64,000 nucleotides of DNA. Origin: Fistulifera solaris (lineage: Eukaryota). Every line of letters starts with the position of its first letter. Positions within the stretch are counted from its first letter, which is position 1. Positions 58,710 to 64,000 of this stretch are shown in pieces. The DNA is taken from assembly GCA_030295235.1 (NCBI GenBank), contig AP026134.1:992001-1056000 (forward strand), written 5' to 3'. A program made the position numbers and the translations under genes. The notes under the pieces are model-generated. The model was not told where the DNA came from. It saw only the letters and a list, made by a program, of their open reading frames with translations, and searched no databases.

Positions 58710-59318
58710 TCACAAAAGGGACACAAACGGAAGCACGAAATAGGAAGCAAGTAGTAGAAACTGAATGGTTCTATTGGTTGATTGGGATGTAGGAGCAACT
58801 GGCGAGGACTCAGGAACGTTGTCCCCAGCAGCAGGCGGTGAAATCGAGGGTTCGGAGACTCCTCCAGCAGATGCAGGTGACTGCGAAGAATCGGATACTT
58901 GTCCAGCGGGCGCGGTTGTCGTAGAAGAAGACGGAACCGAAGGAGCTTGCACTGGTGGACTTGTTGGCCGATACGGCTTGCAGTCTAGTGTAGGTAAATC
59001 TCTCTGCACACATTCGCATTTGCCGAGTTCCGGAATGACACCAACTTCGCCGACGACTAAACAATAAAGTTCGGAATTCGTCTTATCTTCATGATAGCAG
59101 CCACAAATCGTAGTATCCAACGGAATGCCGGACTCAAAGTCAGGGTAGGATCGAACACATTCACATTCCTTGTTGCAAAATTCAGGATTGAGGAAGAACC
59201 CTTCACCTACATCAATTTCGTCCCCATCAAGTGGATAGAAAAAGCATGAATTCTGCGCGCCAACAAAGGTACTCAGCACAAGCGCAGATACATTTACGAA
59301 GAGAAGCTTGACGTTCAT
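58710..59318 (-). CDS. Secreted, probably GPI-anchored Cys-rich and Pro/Ser/Thr-rich cell-surface protein
   Basis: N-terminal signal peptide, 10-Cys domain, mucin-like stalk, hydrophobic C-terminal tail with no cytosolic residues. Confidence 0.75.
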   Translation of the reverse strand: MNVKLLFVNVSALVLSTFVGAQNSCFFYPLDGDEIDVGEGFFLNPEFCNKECECVRSYPDFESGIPLDTTICGCYHEDKTNSELYCLVVGEVGVIPELGKCECVQRDLPTLDCKPYRPTSPPVQAPSVPSSSTTTAPAGQVSDSSQSPASAGGVSEPSISPPAAGDNVPESSPVAPTSQSTNRTIQFLLLASYFVLPFVSLL

Positions 59319-59723
59319 CCTGTTTGCGAGAGCTTTGGAGATTTAAGAGTGTGACTTTGTGAAGGCTTTGGTTTTATGTTGTGAGTTTGAAGGGTTGAAT
59401 ACTTTGTAATGACCGAAATCACAAGGCGCAAACTCAGAAAAGTTGGCATTTTGGCCAAGGGGAACAAAATGTGACCGATACCGCTACGAATGGAAGTTGG
59501 TGGTTTTCACCAGCCCGATCATTTCGATTGTTGTTATCTTACCAGGCAAAAGTGCCAGGTACCAGTTCGGGGTACGGGGAGTAAAGCAAAAAGCACACGA
59601 GGAATAGTCTATTGCCCATGGTCTTTAAAGTCAAACGTGTTATGATCAATTGTGCAGTTGCAAAACTGAAGAAAAACTAAGGCCATCCACTTACTAACTC
59701 TAAAATGCTAATTCCTAAGATTC

Positions 59724-60485
59724 CTACCTTTGCTGATTGTTGCGTCGTTCTTGCTCTTCATATATTTCATTAATATCTTTCCCCTCTAAAGCTTTGGCAA
59801 GTTCCTTCATTTCTTCGTCGGTCGGCATTCTCTTTTCATCTTGTATAGGCGTTTCTACAGGAGGTCTCGCTGGAGTACCGTCGTCTTTTCTCCAAGTTCG
59901 AAAGCCCTTTTCACCAGGTTCATACATTTCTCCTTGGAAGCCGACCATAATGTTCGATATAGACTGGGCTCCTGGTACATCCTTTTCCATTTTCGTGAAG
60001 ATCAAGTTCGGATTGTTGTATGCCACTTCCATTTCTGAGTCGCCCGGTGCTATCCAAATTTCCAGCGCCCCACGTGACGGAAACAACTCAATTGGTCGCA
60101 AATTACCCGCGTGCATTTCAATAAGAGGCCACTGACGCGCAACTGCTTGTTCAACGGTCACATCGGTCACTCGTGCGACTTTGCCAGCGAACCAAAATGT
60201 TTCGGATTTCGGCTCACGGACGTAGACATCGTTCGTAAGTTCTTTCCCCGCTGCTTCTCGGATCGCCAAAAAATGTTCATGTTGACGCTGACAATTTCGT
60301 GGGATGTATTTCATATCCGGTCGTACCGGAGTTTCTTCATTTTCCCCGGCAAGAATGGCGTCCCAGTCTTTGCGACTGCTGAACGCTGGGAAAGATGTGC
60401 TCGAGCGTCGCACGAATGCTTTGCCTGGTAGAAAGCTTGTAATCGGCGCTGCTAAGAACAGCAATGAGACAAATAGGAAATGCAT
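59724..60485 (-). CDS. Plastid-targeted protein of unknown function
   Basis: MHFLFVSLLFLAAPITS-FLPG bipartite leader followed by an intact 253-aa ORF. Confidence 0.75.
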   Translation of the reverse strand: MHFLFVSLLFLAAPITSFLPGKAFVRRSSTSFPAFSSRKDWDAILAGENEETPVRPDMKYIPRNCQRQHEHFLAIREAAGKELTNDVYVREPKSETFWFAGKVARVTDVTVEQAVARQWPLIEMHAGNLRPIELFPSRGALEIWIAPGDSEMEVAYNNPNLIFTKMEKDVPGAQSISNIMVGFQGEMYEPGEKGFRTWRKDDGTPARPPVETPIQDEKRMPTDEEMKELAKALEGKDINEIYEEQERRNNQQR

Positions 60486-60700
60486 TTTGGAAAAGATCGG
60501 ACGTGTCGAGATGTCTGTAGGTAAGTATTGAAGTTGCAAGTTGCATCGAGAATAATGAATGTAAAAATAGGTGCGGCAAAAGTTGATGTGTACCTTTTTT
60601 TACCAGGTACTGTACAGACGGCGGATGGACGAATGAAGTAAGCCTTTTCACGCTGCGACATGAATATTGGCTATATATCCAATATGTTGACTGTTTTCAT

Positions 60701-60721
60701 CACGACTGAATTTCAGTCACG
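60701..60721. promoter_or_regulatory. 21-bp upstream palindromic motif, copy 4 (CACGACTGAATTTCAGTCACG)
   Basis: Perfect core GACTGAA-T-TTCAGTC, about 215 bp before the ATG at 60485. Confidence 0.55.
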
Positions 60722-61340
60722 AGGCATAGTTTGAATACGAGTCCGTACCAGGTACTCAATGCCTCCATCCATTGTGCGCGCTTAATCGCCCAACTTGCAG
60801 AATATAGTTTTTACCCTATTTACTTTTTACCACTGCTGTTTGACTACACAAATGAACGAATGTCCACAAACAAGATTCTGACGATGAATCACTATCCCAC
60901 ACTTAGTTGTAGAGCGACAAACCTGCACCAGATTCCCATTGCGGTGGATTTCGCTGTGGTACGCCGTCTCTCGAATTTCGCAACGGCATGCTTACCAATC
61001 GCACCAAAATTAGTTGCTAGTCTAGTATTTTTGCAGCATTTGCATTGCACCGCTGACGATAAGGCAGAAAACGGTGTGGATCGTAATCTTTCACATGAAC
61101 TCTAGAGCCCAATGTGTAGGATTGGAAACGACATTATAGCGTCTTACAGGCACCCACTACTGTTGGAGAGACATCATTCAATCGAGCTCGCGCAATTTCC
61201 ATAGGAGTAAAACTAGAAACCCTGCGATTTCTTATGAATGCTTCATTTCTTCTTCCGCATCATGTCCACGACAAAGCTAAATGAAACTCGTTATTATTTG
61301 ATAGTGGTAGTTGCTCGACGAGAGTCAAAATACGACAATC

Positions 61341-62136
61341 ATGAGAGTTTTCTACATCTTCTTACTTGTTTGCCTCGCCAGCTTAGTCCCCGCGTCGTGT
61401 GAATCATCTCGCGCAATGCCGCTGTCGCCGGTCGCAAAGAACTTCCATGAACCCCTGCGATCCTTTTCAATTCGTATTCGACGGGAAGGAGCCAAATTGA
61501 TCGTGCAACGCCAAACTGAAGCTTCAAACAAAGAAATATTGCTCTATACTACCGGTTCCGTGCTTATGGAAACTTTTGGGCTCGCTTGTATCCTCGCAAT
61601 CAGCACGGCAATACCTATCCTCCGTGATTTTCCTATTGTGTCCTTGTTGCTCATCATCTTTTGTTCTAGTACTATTCAGAGTGCTATCAACGGAACCACT
61701 TTATCAATTGCCTCAAATCAAGTTCGGAGACCGAATACTGTACCAGGAGATACTTCATGGTACGCCAATTTACGTAAACCGTTTTTCAATCCTCCAGGAT
61801 GGGTATTCCCTGTCATGTGGTTGTTGGTGTGCAAACCGACACAATTATTGGCGACTTTGAAACTCATGGAAAGAATCCCAACACCTTGGGTACCTCTTAT
61901 TGTATTCTGTGCTCACTTGTCACTTGGAGATGCTTGGAATCAAGTCTTCTTTGGTCGTCAACGGATTGGATTGGGGGCAATTGTCATTTCCGTTTTCTAT
62001 GGGATGCTGGTGTTGTCTACAGCTCTTTTCTATGACTTGGATCCCACTGCCGGCCTCCTTTTACTCCCCTACCTGTGCATGGGTGATGGTAGCCACGGCG
62101 CTGAACTTTGAAATCTATCGTCTAAACCAAAAGTAA
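61341..62136 (+). CDS. TspO/MBR family membrane protein with N-terminal extension; frameshift at C-run near 62068
   Basis: WYANLRKPFFNPPGWVFPVMW, AWNQVFFG, AGLLLLP(TCAW..ATALN.EIYRLN). Confidence 0.88.
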
Positions 62137-62217
62137 AAGGCACTCGAAACAGTTATTGCATTCTTTCTATTGCACACGGATTAGGTAAACTAAGTAAGCT
62201 TGCATCGTGTCTGTAGA

Positions 62218-64000
62218 TTATTCGCAAACACTACTTTCTACGCCTGCCGCGCTTCGAAGCAATCGCTGCATTTTGGGGGCAATATCGGAGCCAGAAGGAT
62301 CGAGAGAACCGAGAACCATGTTTTCGATCCGGGGGTTGCGGAACGAAATACGTTCCAGATCGTCAGACTGATCATCATCAACCAACTCTAATAGTTGCCC
62401 GAACACCGTATCAGAAAATACCTTTTCGCGAAGCGTGCTATCAAAAATATCAACTTGCTGATTCAGTAGCCTTCGCCATGCTGCTTCGTTGGATACAATA
62501 GATTTGCACCAAACGGATGTAGCTTTCTCTTCCATTTCAGAAATACTTTCAAAAGCTGTTGCGATGGCCAGTCCAATCATGCATGCATGGGCCTTATCGG
62601 CCGAGTCATTAACCTGGTCTACTTTTTGCAGAGCAACCTGAAGCAATCGATGCGGTGGCTGAAGTGGATTCTCGGTGTCCCCCATCAGCTCCTTCTGAGC
62701 CATAACCAGCTCCCTTTTCTTCTCAATATTGCGATGAAGTTTCATGGATTCATCTGCCTGTACAAGAGACTCCATCATCACAATTCTGTTACTCAGATTG
62801 GCAGCACTCAACGTATTTAAGGTGTCCGACAGTGCAGCATTTCCTCCACTGATCTTCTGCAGTAACGAAGCAGTGGCCGAGCTGTAGTCCTTGTTCTGAA
62901 TGTCATTTATCCATTTATAGGGAGCAAGGGCTGTCTCATTCTTCATCCAGTGCGCGAGAGCTTTAGGACAGTATTTGCCATACCTCAGCGTATGACCGAA
63001 AAGGCGGCGGTCAATAAACCATTTCAAAACTCCTGATCCAAAGAACAAATTTGTTGTCTTGTCCACTTGTGCAGAATTTGCTTCAAATAAAGGCTCTAAA
63101 GCAAAACTTGCACCATCGCCTCTCTGCTCATGGTCGTAAACAATCTCACATAGTCCATCGATGTAGATATGTGCCACGCACAGTTCGAACAAGAACAGAT
63201 CGTTTTTCCATGTGTTAATGCGGCGTAGTAAGGAGAAGGCCTCTTTCAGTGCTTCGGTGTAAGAAGACCTTGTATCGTCATTCGGAAAAGCCATCAGGTT
63301 ATCCAAGCAAGTTTGAAGCCAAAATTGTACAATGGATTGGGCGACAATAGACGAAGCGACAGAATGAGACCCCCAGAATAATACCTGACGCTTCAGAATA
63401 TTCTGTAACGAAGGGCGACTGGTCCAAACGGGGACATCAGTCAAGGATTGTACCTGAGGAAGCACGTTAGGTGTAACATCGTAGGTCGCGTTCGCACGCT
63501 CGGCACGGAACGCCAATGCTGCATCGATTCCTTCGCAGCACCATCGCAGAAATGATTCTTGCCGATCTTGTCCTCCACCAGTCAAACAAATTTCCTGCAA
63601 CTCCTCAAGCCATTCTGCAACACTACCTGCTCTTAGCTCCTTTATTTGATCTCGTTCCCATCCAATGGTGTGCTTCGAGGCGATCACTTGCAAAGCGCTG
63701 GCTTCTTGTCCCATGGCAAGTAACTGCCAGCGACATAGAGCGGAAAGATCACGATAGCGTGCAGTTTGCTGTAAGAACTCAATAAGCGCAAGATGCAACT
63801 CGACAGGCCGTGATGGCGATGTAATGATTTCCCGCTGTTCTTGCAACAACTGTTTTGAGAAGGACATGACTGCTTGTTCGAGATCACCGACACTCGCATC
63901 GAGAAGTGACGGCGGTAAGCGAGGTACCTGGTCCGGGTGACTATAATTTTCCCAAAAAGCTGCCTTAAGATGCATTTGCAACGTTTTGCCTTGAATTCGG
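62218..64000 (-). CDS. Nucleoporin Nup133-like, C-terminal part (5' end outside the window)
   Basis: Long helical ORF open to the window edge. LAPYKWINDIQNKDYSSATASL resembles the Nup133 C-terminal motif. Confidence 0.6.
   Translation of the reverse strand, partial: RIQGKTLQMHLKAAFWENYSHPDQVPRLPPSLLDASVGDLEQAVMSFSKQLLQEQREIITSPSRPVELHLALIEFLQQTARYRDLSALCRWQLLAMGQEASALQVIASKHTIGWERDQIKELRAGSVAEWLEELQEICLTGGGQDRQESFLRWCCEGIDAALAFRAERANATYDVTPNVLPQVQSLTDVPVWTSRPSLQNILKRQVLFWGSHSVASSIVAQSIVQFWLQTCLDNLMAFPNDDTRSSYTEALKEAFSLLRRINTWKNDLFLFELCVAHIYIDGLCEIVYDHEQRGDGASFALEPLFEANSAQVDKTTNLFFGSGVLKWFIDRRLFGHTLRYGKYCPKALAHWMKNETALAPYKWINDIQNKDYSSATASLLQKISGGNAALSDTLNTLSAANLSNRIVMMESLVQADESMKLHRNIEKKRELVMAQKELMGDTENPLQPPHRLLQVALQKVDQVNDSADKAHACMIGLAIATAFESISEMEEKATSVWCKSIVSNEAAWRRLLNQQVDIFDSTLREKVFSDTVFGQLLELVDDDQSDDLERISFRNPRIENMVLGSLDPSGSDIAPKMQRLLRSAAGVESSVCE

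Noticed and set aside
6963..62136. Many frameshifted host genes (kinases, CC2D1-like, NCA2, epimerase, MER3, VPS15, TspO) read as pseudogenes or programmed frameshifts
   Set aside because: The breaks are single-base and often at homopolymer runs, motifs are intact on both sides, and conserved genes such as VPS15 are affected. Long-read consensus error is the simplest explanation.

Overview
This is gene-dense eukaryotic nuclear DNA, most likely from a diatom. The basis is bipartite ASAFAP-type plastid leaders, a signal-peptide-bearing Ufd1, short 60-95 nt GT-AG introns, a diatom-style P2 C-terminus and a CoDi-like Copia element. It holds about 28 host genes, including an ADP/ATP carrier, a SELMA-type Ufd1, a CENP-E-like kinesin, a thermonuclease, two paralogous kinases, AspAT, an alpha-kinase, RTC3/SBDS-like, CC2D1/Lgd-like, CENP-L-like, GT61, RPP2, NCA2, an aldose epimerase, PUB-UBX, MER3, VPS15, TrpC-like, a Tudor-repeat protein, TspO and Nup133. 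One full-length 7.1 kb Ty1/Copia element (28240-35339) has near-identical LTRs, a 5-bp TSD, non-canonical TG...GA ends, a half-tRNAi-type PBS, extra internal PPT copies and a candidate gag-pol frameshift hairpin. Many genes carry single-base frameshifts, often at homopolymers, which look like long-read assembly errors rather than pseudogenisation. The main unexplained signals are: a 21-bp imperfect palindrome (CRCGRCTRMATTTCAGTCAYG) about 200 bp upstream of four unrelated genes; intergenic GTACC arrays; and a staphylococcal-type nuclease with an apparent signal + transit + twin-Arg (thylakoid lumen) leader. All family calls come from motif recognition by eye; no database search was run.
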